Positions 19,745-29,375 of a DNA stretch of 64,000 nt are shown here, piece by piece; the stretch's first letter is position 1, and each line of letters opens with the position of its first letter. Source of the DNA: Candidatus Calditenuaceae archaeon HR02 (GTDB lineage Archaea > Thermoproteota > Nitrososphaeria_A > Caldarchaeales > Calditenuaceae); the NCBI GenBank assembly GCA_002898395.1, contig BEHE01000010.1, positions 8,092 to 72,091 of the forward strand, in the 5' to 3' direction. Made by a program: the position numbers and the translations under genes. A model generated the notes under the pieces. It did not search any database. It saw only the letters and a program-made list of their open reading frames with translations, and was not told the origin of the DNA.

Positions 19745-20298
19745 GACACGAGGTTAGGATCACAGGGCTAGGTGGCCAAGGGGCCATAACGGCTGGTCAT
19801 ATACTTGGAAGAGCCGCGGCAATATACGGAGACAAGGAAGCAGTAGTGACTGAGGGCTACAGCCCATACATAACCGGCGGCTGGTCGAGAGCCGACGTAA
19901 TAATCTCCGACGAACCCATAGACTACCCGCTTATCACCAAGCTAGACGTCTTAGCCACAATGTATGATGAAGGTTTTGTTCAAAACCTTAGACACGTCAA
20001 AAGCAGAGGTGTAATAATAACCGTGAAAGAGCTAGTCAAACATTCTTCAAAGGATCACAAGGTTTTGCCGATACCTGCCATCGAGGTAGCTGAGCAGTTA
20101 GGAAGAAGGATAGTCGCTAATATCGTGATACTCGGGGCCATAACTGCTGTCTTGGGTACACCACCCCTAGAGTCGGTTGAGAAGGCACTGGCCGACAGGT
20201 TTCCAAAGGCGGTTGAGCTTAACCGCAAAGCTGTACAACAAGGCTACAGCATAGCATCTGAGCTGCTCGCAAGCACAGATGTTTTGGAGGAGAGGTGA
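19741..20298 (+). CDS. 2-oxoacid:ferredoxin oxidoreductase gamma subunit
   Basis: 185 aa. ITGLGGQGAITAGHILGRAA is the gamma-subunit GGQG motif. Confidence 0.75.
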   Translation: MRHEVRITGLGGQGAITAGHILGRAAAIYGDKEAVVTEGYSPYITGGWSRADVIISDEPIDYPLITKLDVLATMYDEGFVQNLRHVKSRGVIITVKELVKHSSKDHKVLPIPAIEVAEQLGRRIVANIVILGAITAVLGTPPLESVEKALADRFPKAVELNRKAVQQGYSIASELLASTDVLEER

Positions 20299-23200
20299 AA
20301 GGGCTGGCAGACGCTGTCCTGGTTATAGGAGGCGGGATAGCGGGGGTTCAGGCATCACTCGACCTAGCCAAGGCCGGTGCCAAGGTCTACCTTGTCGAAA
20401 AAAGTCCCGTGATAGGAGGGCGGATGGCTGCACTAGACAAAAACTTCCCCACCATGGATTGCTCGATCTGTATAGAGGCACCCAAGCTAAGCGAGGTGAT
20501 GCAGAACAAAAACATCAAGGTCTTAACGCTGGCGGAGGTCGTTGAAGCTCGAGGCGAGGCTGGAAACTTTCACGTAAAAGTTGTCCAGAAGCCCCGCTTC
20601 GTCACTGATGAATGTACGAGGTGCGGTGACTGTGTGCCCGCATGCCCAGTCATACTGAAGAACGAGTTTGATGTAGGGATGGGTGCTAGGAAGGCTATAT
20701 ACCTCCCCTTCGACCAAGCCGAGCCGGGGACGTACGTAATAGACATTGAGAACTGTTTAAACAAGCCGCCCAACTATCTGCCCTGTAACAGATGTGTCGA
20801 GGCATGCGGGCCAAAATGCATAGATTTCGAGATGAAAGAGAAAATCCATGAACTGAATGTGGGCGCAATAATAGTTGCAGCTGGCTCGGACCTCTTCGAC
20901 GCCTCATTAATTCCGGAGCTAGGCTATGGAAGACACCCCGACATCCTCACAGCAATGGAACTCGAAAGACTTCTACAATCGAGTGGCCCCTCAAGGGGCG
21001 AGGTCATAAAGCCCAGCAACCACCGCCACCCAGAAAGAGTAGCGTTCATCCTATGCGTGGGGGCTCGCGACAATAGGTTTTATGGTTTCTGTAGCAGGGT
21101 CTGCTGCATGTACAGCATCAAGGAGGCGTTGCAGCTTGTTGACCATGGAATCAAAGATGTCACGGTCTTCTACATGGATATAAGAGCTTATGGAAAAGGC
21201 TTCGACGAGATGTTTGAGAGAGCGAAGAAGAGTGGTGTCAGGTTTATACGAAGCAGGCCTGGAAGAGTTATACCCAATGGTGACCGCATAGAGGTATTCT
21301 ATGAGGACACGACTACTGGAGAGTTAAGGAAAGAAACTTTTGACATGGTTGTCCTTTCAACAGCTCTCGTACCATCAGAAGAGTTAAACAGGTTAGCTAA
21401 AACCTTGGGGATAGAGGTGGGCGAAGATGGCTTCATCAAAGCATATGAAATAGACGGAGACTTCGTCGGGACATCGAGGAGGGGGATATATGTCTGTGGC
21501 TGCGCAGCCGGTCCTAAAGACATTCCTGACAGCGTTACAGAGGCCGGTGCGGCTGCTGCAAAAGCGCTAACCCATCTGACTTCAAGGGTCGTAGAGCCTG
21601 AAATCTTCGAGGAGACCATAGACGCCTCGGGGGAGCCCCGGATCGGTGTATTCATCTGCCATTGTGGCTCCAACATAGCGGGAGTGGTTGATATAAAAAC
21701 TGCCGTTGAGCAGTCCAAGAAAATACCCTATGTAGTGCATGTAGAAGACCAGAAATTCTCGTGCTCTGGAGCGGGTACGAAGCATATAGAGAACGTGATA
21801 AGGGAGAAGAGGCTTAACAGGGTTGTTGTGGCGGCCTGCTCGCCGAAGACTCATAGCCCAACCTTCATGAGAGCCTGTGCCAGGGCTGGACTTAACCCAT
21901 ACCTCCTGGAGATGGCTAACATACGCAACCTTAACTCATGGGTCCACAAAAACCAGCCAGAAGAGGCCACAAGAAAAGCTATAGACCTAATCTCTATGGC
22001 GGTTGCTAAAGTGGTCTTACAAAACCCAATGACCAAGCTATCAACCCCCGTCCTGCAAAAGGTCCTAGTCATAGGAGGGGGTGTGGCTGGGATGACTGCC
22101 GCCACTGCCCTCGCAGAGATGGGATTCGAGACACATCTAGTTGAGAAGGAACATGAGCTGGGCGGTCTCCTCAGATATTTCAGAGAAATTGCTCCATCCG
22201 GCATAGATGCCCAGAGCTTCTTGCAATGGAAGATAAAACAGCTGGAGAAATCAGGTGCCAAGATTCATCTGGGTACAGAGGTAGCCGAGGTAACGGGTTT
22301 CGTCGGAAACTATCATGTTACACTTTCTAACGGAGAGGAACTCGATGTAGGCGCCATAATATTGGCCACAGGAGGTAAGGTTCACGAGCCAAGCTGGCCC
22401 AAAATAGAAGCCGATAAGCCAAGGGTCGCGACGCTACTCAGATACGAGATAGATGGCGTCCCAGAAGACGCTAGAAACATAGTCTTCATAGGATGTGTGG
22501 GTTCAAGAAACATGATCAGGGGATGCTCAAGATATTGCTGCCAAACCATCATTTATCATGCCCTCAAGCTTAGGAGAAGTGGCAAGAACGTCTCAGTAAT
22601 TGTCAAAGATGTCAGGACCTATGGGAGGGGGGCTGAGAAGCTGTATAGGAAAGCCTGCGAAGAGGGTGTGAGGTTTATCAGAGTGGAGACAGAGAAGCCA
22701 ATTGAAGACCTTGTTCGAATAGGAGAAGAAGGCATAACAGTACGAGACATCACAATTGGAGAGACACTAAACATACCCGCAGACTACATCGTTCTGGCCA
22801 CGGCCATAGACCCTCCTGCAGAGATAGCGGCGGCCCAGCAGCTCAGAGTCGCCAAGGACTCGGAGGGATTCTTCCTCGAACTCCACCCGAAGCTGGGGCC
22901 TGTCGAATCGATAACACAGGGCGTCTTCCTCGCAGGTATCGCCCAAGGACCCAAAGATGTTGGGGAGAGCATTTCGCAGGGATTGGCCGCCTCAGCAAAG
23001 GCAGCCGCACTGCTCACATCATCACAGCTTGAGAAAGAGCCCTTAATCCCAATCATAAATCCGCAAAAATGTACAAAATGTATGAGGTGCGCCCAGGTCT
23101 GCCCATATGGTGCGATTAAGGGCGAGCTGAGGAAATGGATAGAGATTATACCGGGCCTCTGCCAGGGATGTGGCGCATGTGTTTCTGAGTGCAATGTTGA

Positions 23201-23681
23201 AGGAGCTATAACAATGCCAGGATTCACGGATGAGCAATTGATGGCGCAAATAGATGCGGCGTTAGCCGAAAACCCAGAAGAGAAGGCGATAGTTTTCGCA
23301 TGTAATTGGTGCAGCTACGCCGGCGCAGACTTGGCCGGCATCCTCAAAATACAGTACCCGCCAACATGCCGGGTTATACGCACAATGTGCTCTGCAAGAG
23401 TCTCGCAGAAGCTTATTCTATACGCATTCAAAAAAGGCGCAGGTGCCGTCTTCGTCACAGGATGCTGGCCACAAGACTGCCACTACAACTATGCCAACCT
23501 CAACACAAAGAGGCGTTACGAACACTGGCTCAAAATAGTACAGGCCAGAAACATAGACCCAAAGAGACTCCAGCTCCACTGGATAAGCGCCGCCGAGGCC
23601 AAGAGATTTGCAGAGAAAATGACAGAGGCCCATGAGGTCGTAATGAGTTTGAAGAAGGATAAGATGCGGGTGGGTGGCTAA
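20295..23681 (+). CDS. hdrA: tandem-duplicated HdrA-like flavoprotein fused to C-terminal MvhD-like domain
   Basis: 1128 aa. Two FAD dinucleotide motifs (VIGGGIAG at aa about 10; VIGGGVAGM at aa about 577). Two HdrA signatures, CVGARD-x8-CSRVCC and CVGSRN-x5-CSRYCC. Several CxxCxxCxxxCP ferredoxin motifs. A C-terminal approximately 130 aa MvhD-like domain (FACNWCSYAGADLAG...). Confidence 0.7.
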   Translation: MKGLADAVLVIGGGIAGVQASLDLAKAGAKVYLVEKSPVIGGRMAALDKNFPTMDCSICIEAPKLSEVMQNKNIKVLTLAEVVEARGEAGNFHVKVVQKPRFVTDECTRCGDCVPACPVILKNEFDVGMGARKAIYLPFDQAEPGTYVIDIENCLNKPPNYLPCNRCVEACGPKCIDFEMKEKIHELNVGAIIVAAGSDLFDASLIPELGYGRHPDILTAMELERLLQSSGPSRGEVIKPSNHRHPERVAFILCVGARDNRFYGFCSRVCCMYSIKEALQLVDHGIKDVTVFYMDIRAYGKGFDEMFERAKKSGVRFIRSRPGRVIPNGDRIEVFYEDTTTGELRKETFDMVVLSTALVPSEELNRLAKTLGIEVGEDGFIKAYEIDGDFVGTSRRGIYVCGCAAGPKDIPDSVTEAGAAAAKALTHLTSRVVEPEIFEETIDASGEPRIGVFICHCGSNIAGVVDIKTAVEQSKKIPYVVHVEDQKFSCSGAGTKHIENVIREKRLNRVVVAACSPKTHSPTFMRACARAGLNPYLLEMANIRNLNSWVHKNQPEEATRKAIDLISMAVAKVVLQNPMTKLSTPVLQKVLVIGGGVAGMTAATALAEMGFETHLVEKEHELGGLLRYFREIAPSGIDAQSFLQWKIKQLEKSGAKIHLGTEVAEVTGFVGNYHVTLSNGEELDVGAIILATGGKVHEPSWPKIEADKPRVATLLRYEIDGVPEDARNIVFIGCVGSRNMIRGCSRYCCQTIIYHALKLRRSGKNVSVIVKDVRTYGRGAEKLYRKACEEGVRFIRVETEKPIEDLVRIGEEGITVRDITIGETLNIPADYIVLATAIDPPAEIAAAQQLRVAKDSEGFFLELHPKLGPVESITQGVFLAGIAQGPKDVGESISQGLAASAKAAALLTSSQLEKEPLIPIINPQKCTKCMRCAQVCPYGAIKGELRKWIEIIPGLCQGCGACVSECNVEGAITMPGFTDEQLMAQIDAALAENPEEKAIVFACNWCSYAGADLAGILKIQYPPTCRVIRTMCSARVSQKLILYAFKKGAGAVFVTGCWPQDCHYNYANLNTKRRYEHWLKIVQARNIDPKRLQLHWISAAEAKRFAEKMTEAHEVVMSLKKDKMRVGG

Positions 23682-24821
23682 ATGTACCGGAGCCTTTCAG
23701 AGCTTTTCACCGACAGGGTATTGGCCGAAAGCATCACAGCCTGCTTCCAGTGCGGAGCATGCACAGCAGCCTGCCCCCTCAACATCTTCGACGGCCTAAA
23801 ACTAAGTCCAAGACAGTTTCTCCGAAGGATGCAACTAGGCCTACCCATAAACATCGAGCCGTATCTCTGCATGATGTGCAAAGCCTGCGAAACAGTCTGT
23901 CCGCGAAATGTTAAAATCACAAAAATAATTCACGAGCTAAGAAAAATCTGGTTTAGGAACAATAGAGTCCCCACGCCTCTCACTCAAGCGCTCTGGAAGA
24001 TCTATGAGGATGGAAATCCGTGGGGCTACCCGTCACGGACAAGAGGCCAGTGGCTCGATAAGCTAGACGTAAACATATCTAAGAAGAAGGGCGAAACACT
24101 CCTCTATGTCGGATGCATCTCATCTTACGATATACGCCTCCAGGGGATAGCAACTGCTATCGTAAAACTTTTACTTAAAGCGGAGGTTGATTTCACAGTT
24201 CTCGGTGATGAAGAGAGGTGTTGCGGGGACCCAGTATACCATACGGGCGAAACAGACTTCTTAGAGGAGTTGATCAACGAAAACATAGCCAAATTCAACT
24301 CCGTGGGTGTGAGAAGAATAGTAGCCCTCTCTCCCCACTGCTACATTATGTTCCGGGATATCTATCCCAAGTATGGAGGTGAATATGAAGTCCTTCACTA
24401 CACAGAGTATCTTGCAGAACTCATAGACTCTGGAAAACTATCAATCGATACACGATTAGAAGCTAGAGCAACCTATCATGACCCATGCTATTTAGGTAGA
24501 TATGCTAAGATATACGAGCAGCCGCGAAGACTGGTAGAGAGCGTTAAAGGACTCTCATTTTCGGAGATGAGCCTCTCAAAAGAACTATCACTCTGCTGTG
24601 GTGGAGGAGGGGGACGGATACTGATGGAGTCAAAACCCGAGGAAAGGCCCTCAAACATAAGAGTCAAACAGGCAGTTGAGACGGGGGCAGAAATCCTGCT
24701 AACTTCGTGCCCCTACTGCATAATAAACTTCGAAGACTCCGCAAAGATCCAGAAAGCGCCCCTCAAGGTAATGGATGTTGCAGAGCTTCTACAAGCTGCA
24801 GCAGGTGGTCAAGATGGGTGA
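23682..24821 (+). CDS. hdrD: HdrD-like protein (2x[4Fe-4S] ferredoxin + two CCG domains; GlcF/HdrBC-fusion type)
   Basis: CFQCGACTAACP and CMMCKACETVCP motifs, then CCGDP and CCGGGGG CCG-domain signatures. Starts immediately after the hdrA stop. Confidence 0.7.
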   Translation: MYRSLSELFTDRVLAESITACFQCGACTAACPLNIFDGLKLSPRQFLRRMQLGLPINIEPYLCMMCKACETVCPRNVKITKIIHELRKIWFRNNRVPTPLTQALWKIYEDGNPWGYPSRTRGQWLDKLDVNISKKKGETLLYVGCISSYDIRLQGIATAIVKLLLKAEVDFTVLGDEERCCGDPVYHTGETDFLEELINENIAKFNSVGVRRIVALSPHCYIMFRDIYPKYGGEYEVLHYTEYLAELIDSGKLSIDTRLEARATYHDPCYLGRYAKIYEQPRRLVESVKGLSFSEMSLSKELSLCCGGGGGRILMESKPEERPSNIRVKQAVETGAEILLTSCPYCIINFEDSAKIQKAPLKVMDVAELLQAAAGGQDG

Positions 24822-25785
24822 GATCTGGTCTTTTGTGGAAGTAGGGCCCGAAGGGATCGAAGCCGTGTCACTGGAGATAATCGGTAAAGCGGCTGAGCTT
24901 GGGGATCAGAGCAACATGAGAACAGCTGCAGTCCTAACGGGGTGGGGAATGGAAAAAATTGTCAAAGAAGTCTCAAGATACCCAGTCGATAGGGTGTACT
25001 ATGTTGAACATGGCGAGTTGGCCTTTTACGATCCGGCGAAACACGCAAATGCCCTACACCAACTGGTTGAAAAGGAGAAACCCGAGATAGTGCTCTTCGG
25101 AGCGACATATAATGGAGTCGACATAGCCGCTAGGTTGGCCATTAGGGCTGAAGCAGGCCTAATAGCTCATGTGACATACCTCGGCATAGACCCCTCAGAC
25201 GGAAGGCTCGTAGGACATGTACCAGGATTCGGTGGAGGCATCGTAGCAGTCTGCAAATGCAGGCCAGGCGTTCTACAGATAGCCACAGTGAGGCCGGGGG
25301 TTTTCGAGAGACCAATCCCAACAGGACATGAGGCGGAGATCCATAGGTTTAGCCCGAAGCTCCACCCAACGAATGGGTGGAGAATCGTCGAGAGACGTGT
25401 AGCGAAGGTGGTGGACATTACGCGGGCTGAAAAAGTCGTCGTGGCGGGCATGGGGACGGGTGGAGAACTCTCCCTCGCTAAGACGCTCGCTCAGAAGTTG
25501 GGCGCACAACTGGCGGTGACAAGGCCTCTAGCAGACTTGGGGCTCGCTCCCAGAGACGTCCAAGTAGGCTCCACTGGCGTCAGCCTAAGATCCAATATAG
25601 CTTTAATCCTTGGAGTGAGTGGGGCATCACACTTCGTCTCAGGAATACGGGATGTGAAAACAGTAATCTCGATCAATATTGACAGAAATGCGCCAATATT
25701 CCAGTTCTCCGACTACTGTGTAGAGGCCGACCTCTTCAAACTAGTCCCAAAGATTATTGAAGAGTTTGAGAAGGAGGGTGCATAA
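24814..25785 (+). CDS. etfA: electron transfer flavoprotein alpha subunit (start at ATG 24814, ATGA-type overlap with hdrD)
   Basis: N-terminal Etf domain, and a C-terminal FAD-binding region (LAVTRPLADLG...) typical of EtfA/FixB. Confidence 0.7.
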   Translation: MGEIWSFVEVGPEGIEAVSLEIIGKAAELGDQSNMRTAAVLTGWGMEKIVKEVSRYPVDRVYYVEHGELAFYDPAKHANALHQLVEKEKPEIVLFGATYNGVDIAARLAIRAEAGLIAHVTYLGIDPSDGRLVGHVPGFGGGIVAVCKCRPGVLQIATVRPGVFERPIPTGHEAEIHRFSPKLHPTNGWRIVERRVAKVVDITRAEKVVVAGMGTGGELSLAKTLAQKLGAQLAVTRPLADLGLAPRDVQVGSTGVSLRSNIALILGVSGASHFVSGIRDVKTVISINIDRNAPIFQFSDYCVEADLFKLVPKIIEEFEKEGA

Positions 25786-26568
25786 ATGGAGATAGTAGTG
25801 TGTGTTAAGGTTGTTCCGAAGGTCGAGCAAGTCAGATTGGACCCTATAACCAAAACCGTAGATAGGACATCTGCTGAGAACGAGCTTAACGACGCTGATA
25901 AAAACGCCGTCGAGGCTGCGCTACAACTAAAAGACAGATATGGCAGCAGGGTCACGGTGCTATCAATGGGGCCGCTATTCTTCGAGCCTCTCCTAAAACT
26001 GTGTGTGGCTATGGGTGCTGACGATGCGATACTCCTCTCCGACAAGGCCTTCGCAGGTGCAGACACCTACGCGACATCATACGTCTTAGCCCAGGCCATA
26101 AAGAGGCTAAGACCGGACATAATCCTCTGCGGCGAAAGCACCTCCGACTCAGGGACTGCCCAGGTTCCTCCCCAAATAGCAGAGTGGCTCGGATACCCGA
26201 ACATCTCCTACGTATCACACATCAGCATAGAGGATAGAGTTGTAGTGGCTAAACGCACAGTAAAAGGCGGATACGAAGTAGTGAAAGTACCATTACCTGT
26301 AGTTATGTCGGTAGAGCTAGGAAGCAACACGCCGAGATTCCCTGACTTTAAGAGAAAGAGATGGGCCGAACGAGAATTCAAAATAACCATATGGACCGCT
26401 AACGACCTCGAGCTAGACCTAAACCTCACGGGCAAGACAGGGTCAAAGACAGAAGTAATAGAGCTCCACCCAATAGCACCACCACAGAGGCTGAGAAAGT
26501 TTCTAGAGGGTTCAGAAGAAGAAAAAGCGAGGGCAATCATAAAAATAATCAGAGAGTCAAAAGGCTAA
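25786..26568 (+). CDS. etfB: electron transfer flavoprotein beta subunit
   Basis: MEIVVCVKVVP... N-terminus and CGESTSDSGTAQV motif typical of EtfB/FixA. Starts 1 nt after the etfA stop. Confidence 0.7.
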   Translation: MEIVVCVKVVPKVEQVRLDPITKTVDRTSAENELNDADKNAVEAALQLKDRYGSRVTVLSMGPLFFEPLLKLCVAMGADDAILLSDKAFAGADTYATSYVLAQAIKRLRPDIILCGESTSDSGTAQVPPQIAEWLGYPNISYVSHISIEDRVVVAKRTVKGGYEVVKVPLPVVMSVELGSNTPRFPDFKRKRWAEREFKITIWTANDLELDLNLTGKTGSKTEVIELHPIAPPQRLRKFLEGSEEEKARAIIKIIRESKG

Positions 26569-26916
26569 TACTTGAAGCATTCCCATCTTCCTCACAGGGA
26601 TAAGCTTAAACCCACCTAAATAATATCCACGTCTGTGCAAAGATACTTGGTCGAGAGATGGTTTCTAAAGTCAGAGGAATATTTTTAGAATTAGACCATG
26701 AGAGCATGCAATAGGGTAACAGTATAATGCGGTCAAAGACTTTCACGAATTAGAAAGTAATTAATTTTTGATTCTATGCTCCATAAAAGGGCTACTTATC
26801 CAATAATCAATCACGTCCATCAGTATTTATGTCACTCGCTAAGTGTTCGTTAAGAGGCAGGCTGTTATAACAGTTGATCTGCCCACAGTAGTGAGTGTTG
26901 CAACCTTTTGATAAGT

Positions 26917-26926
26917 TTTATATATG
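26917..26926 (+). promoter_or_regulatory. TATA box (TTTTATATAT) about 25-34 nt upstream of ATG 26951; leaderless-type promoter
   Basis: AT-rich octamer at the canonical archaeal distance, preceded by a purine-rich BRE-like stretch. Confidence 0.4.
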
Positions 26927-26950
26927 AGAAGATGAGTAGCATTTTCTGCT

Positions 26951-28471
26951 ATGTCCAGTCAAGAAGGAAGGGTCTCTAGGAGGGCGATGCTTGGTACAAT
27001 CGGCGGTATTGTGGGTGGGTTGGCAATAGGTGCTGCAATAGGGTGGGTCACGAAGCCAGAGGTAGTCAGGACAGTGACACAGACTGTAGGAGGTCCAGCT
27101 CAGACAGTAACTGCGACGGTTGAAAGAACGATAACGCAGTTAGTTACTGCCCCACCAAGAGAGAAAACCAAGGTAAGCGTTATAGCATTCGCCCAGGGTT
27201 TTGCTTGGCCAGAACTATTCGGCTCTGATGGCACGACTGAGACAAACTTGTTAAAGAGATTTGAGGCATCAGAAAACGTAGACGTCACTATTGAGTGGGG
27301 CGATGAATGGGCCGTAAGAGAAAAAGTAGCTGCGGATGTGATGGCTCAGGTGGGTAAGTACGACATAGTCCTGGTAGGAAGCGATGGCGCTGTCCAAGCA
27401 TACGGGTATGCTGGATACCTAGAACCACTTGATGAATATTTCACTAAGTATCCACAAGACTACTTTGACCCAAACGATGTCTATCCATCATTCCTAGACG
27501 CCAATAGGATAGAGGGGACACTCTACGCCCTTCCATACTACTCATTCGGCCCAGGCGTCATATATAGGCGGGACATATTCGAAAAATATGATGCGGAACT
27601 TCCGAAAGAGAACTGGACTACCGATGATCTAGAAGCAGCTATGGAGAAGATACTTGAAGGACTTAGGGGTGATGGGATTACAGATGTATATCCCCTCACA
27701 ATGAGAGCAGGTCCTGGTGAGGAGCCAACACTTGACCTAGCAGGCTTCATCTACGCTTATGCTGGTTATCCAGCTTGGTTTGAAGGAGGCGTGATCTGGC
27801 CAGGTGAAATAAAGAATAGAAAAGCCAAGCCAATATTTGATTCGTCAGACTTCGAGGCCGGGTTCAGAGCCTTCACAGACTGGGCGAAGCGTTTCGGCCC
27901 ACCAGGCATCTCTACTCATACATGGGTTGACATGATGAATACTTACGCGGTGGGGAAAGCCGCGATTCTGTTGCCATCGGCTATTAATGGTTATGCAGCA
28001 TTGGGAATAACTAAGGATGAAAATGTGAAGAAGAATTCTAAGTTTATGTTGACACCTTTCGGCCCCGGTAAGAAGAGGATAAACAGTTATTGGACCTTTT
28101 CGCTAGGTATCAACAAATTCTCAAAGAATAAGGAAGCGGCGTGGCGTGTGCTTACCTACTTGACGGGGCGTAAGTCAATGGAAGCATTTGCGGAGAGGAC
28201 TGGATGGCCCAATGTAACCATGAGGTCAGTTCTATACTCTTACCCTCTGATAAAGAAGTATGGAATTGAGGAGATTGAGCTTAATGAGCGCTCAATATTG
28301 GAGAACCCCGCAATATATTTCCCTTACATCCCTGAGCTCGACCTATTCATGGATAAGATAGGAACGATGGCCTCAGAGGTAGTAGCGGGGGCAAAGACAG
28401 TTGAGTCCGCGTTATCAGAACTGCAGAAGTGGGCTACCGAGTTAATGACTAGCCGGGGATACTACGGCTAG
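26951..28471 (+). CDS. ABC transporter substrate-binding protein (family 1, carbohydrate-type) with signal/anchor and Thr/Val-rich linker
   Basis: 506 aa. N-terminal RRAMLGTIGGIVGGLAIGAA signal or anchor, then a T/V-rich linker and the SBP fold. Followed by MalF/MalG-type permeases. Confidence 0.65.
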   Translation: MSSQEGRVSRRAMLGTIGGIVGGLAIGAAIGWVTKPEVVRTVTQTVGGPAQTVTATVERTITQLVTAPPREKTKVSVIAFAQGFAWPELFGSDGTTETNLLKRFEASENVDVTIEWGDEWAVREKVAADVMAQVGKYDIVLVGSDGAVQAYGYAGYLEPLDEYFTKYPQDYFDPNDVYPSFLDANRIEGTLYALPYYSFGPGVIYRRDIFEKYDAELPKENWTTDDLEAAMEKILEGLRGDGITDVYPLTMRAGPGEEPTLDLAGFIYAYAGYPAWFEGGVIWPGEIKNRKAKPIFDSSDFEAGFRAFTDWAKRFGPPGISTHTWVDMMNTYAVGKAAILLPSAINGYAALGITKDENVKKNSKFMLTPFGPGKKRINSYWTFSLGINKFSKNKEAAWRVLTYLTGRKSMEAFAERTGWPNVTMRSVLYSYPLIKKYGIEEIELNERSILENPAIYFPYIPELDLFMDKIGTMASEVVAGAKTVESALSELQKWATELMTSRGYYG

Positions 28472-28511
28472 TGGACGTAAAGATATTTAGGTAATTTTTA
28501 ATTATCCTTGA

Positions 28512-29375
28512 TTGGTGTTAAGACAATTGAGAGAAGAATACAAGTTACTATTGCCCGCAGTGGGAGTGTTAGCGTTCCTCGTTGCAGCTCCTACATTCTA
28601 TCTGTTTTACACGAGTCTACTAAGATGGTTTCTGAGAGACCCAGCCGGACCAATATTTGTGGGGGTTGAGAACTATATTAGACTAATACAGTCTGCAGAC
28701 TTCTCAACTTCACTAATCGTGACTTTAATATTTAGCTCTGCATCAGTAGTCTGTTCTTTGATGCTGGGGCTTGGACTAGCATTATTATTTAGTGAGAATG
28801 TACGCGGCAAAAGAGTTATGAGGACTATCATTGTCTTACCCATCGTTCTCCCACCAGTGGTGGTAGGATTTACATGGAAGTTCCTTCTGAGCAGTGAGGT
28901 AGGAGTTATAGGTGCATACTTCATACGGCTGATAGGCTTAGGGAACTTTAGCCTCCTTGGTGACCCGCAACTAGCACTGGCATCCGTAATCATTGCAGAC
29001 ATTTGGGGAAAAACGCCTCTACCATTTCTGATTTTCTTGGCCGGTCTTGCTGGAATACCACCAGTATTTTATGAATCAGCTAAGATAGATGGCGCTGGCG
29101 GATGGCAAACTTTTCGTTCCATCACACTTCCGAACCTGAAAAAACCATTAGTAGTAGCTGCAATCCTAAGGACAATAGACGCGTTTAACAGCTTCGATGT
29201 AATATTTGTGATGACGAAAGGTGGGCCCGGAATGGCGACGCATACTTTACCAATGCTGGGCTGGAAGATTGGTTTTTATTATTTTGATGTGGGGACAGCC
29301 TCTGCTATCGGAGTGATATTGCTGTTGATTGTCATGTTTCTGAGTATGCCGCTAATTAGGTCCATTAGTAGGTGA
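28512..29375 (+). CDS. ABC transporter permease (MalF/UgpA-like)
   Basis: EAA-loop ESAKIDGAGGWQTFRSITLP. Six TM segments. Confidence 0.75.
   Translation: MVLRQLREEYKLLLPAVGVLAFLVAAPTFYLFYTSLLRWFLRDPAGPIFVGVENYIRLIQSADFSTSLIVTLIFSSASVVCSLMLGLGLALLFSENVRGKRVMRTIIVLPIVLPPVVVGFTWKFLLSSEVGVIGAYFIRLIGLGNFSLLGDPQLALASVIIADIWGKTPLPFLIFLAGLAGIPPVFYESAKIDGAGGWQTFRSITLPNLKKPLVVAAILRTIDAFNSFDVIFVMTKGGPGMATHTLPMLGWKIGFYYFDVGTASAIGVILLLIVMFLSMPLIRSISR

Noticed and set aside
21299-22261. Series of 90-139-aa minus-strand ORFs inside hdrA
   Set aside because: Shadow ORFs within a continuous 1128-aa gene with strong domain signatures.
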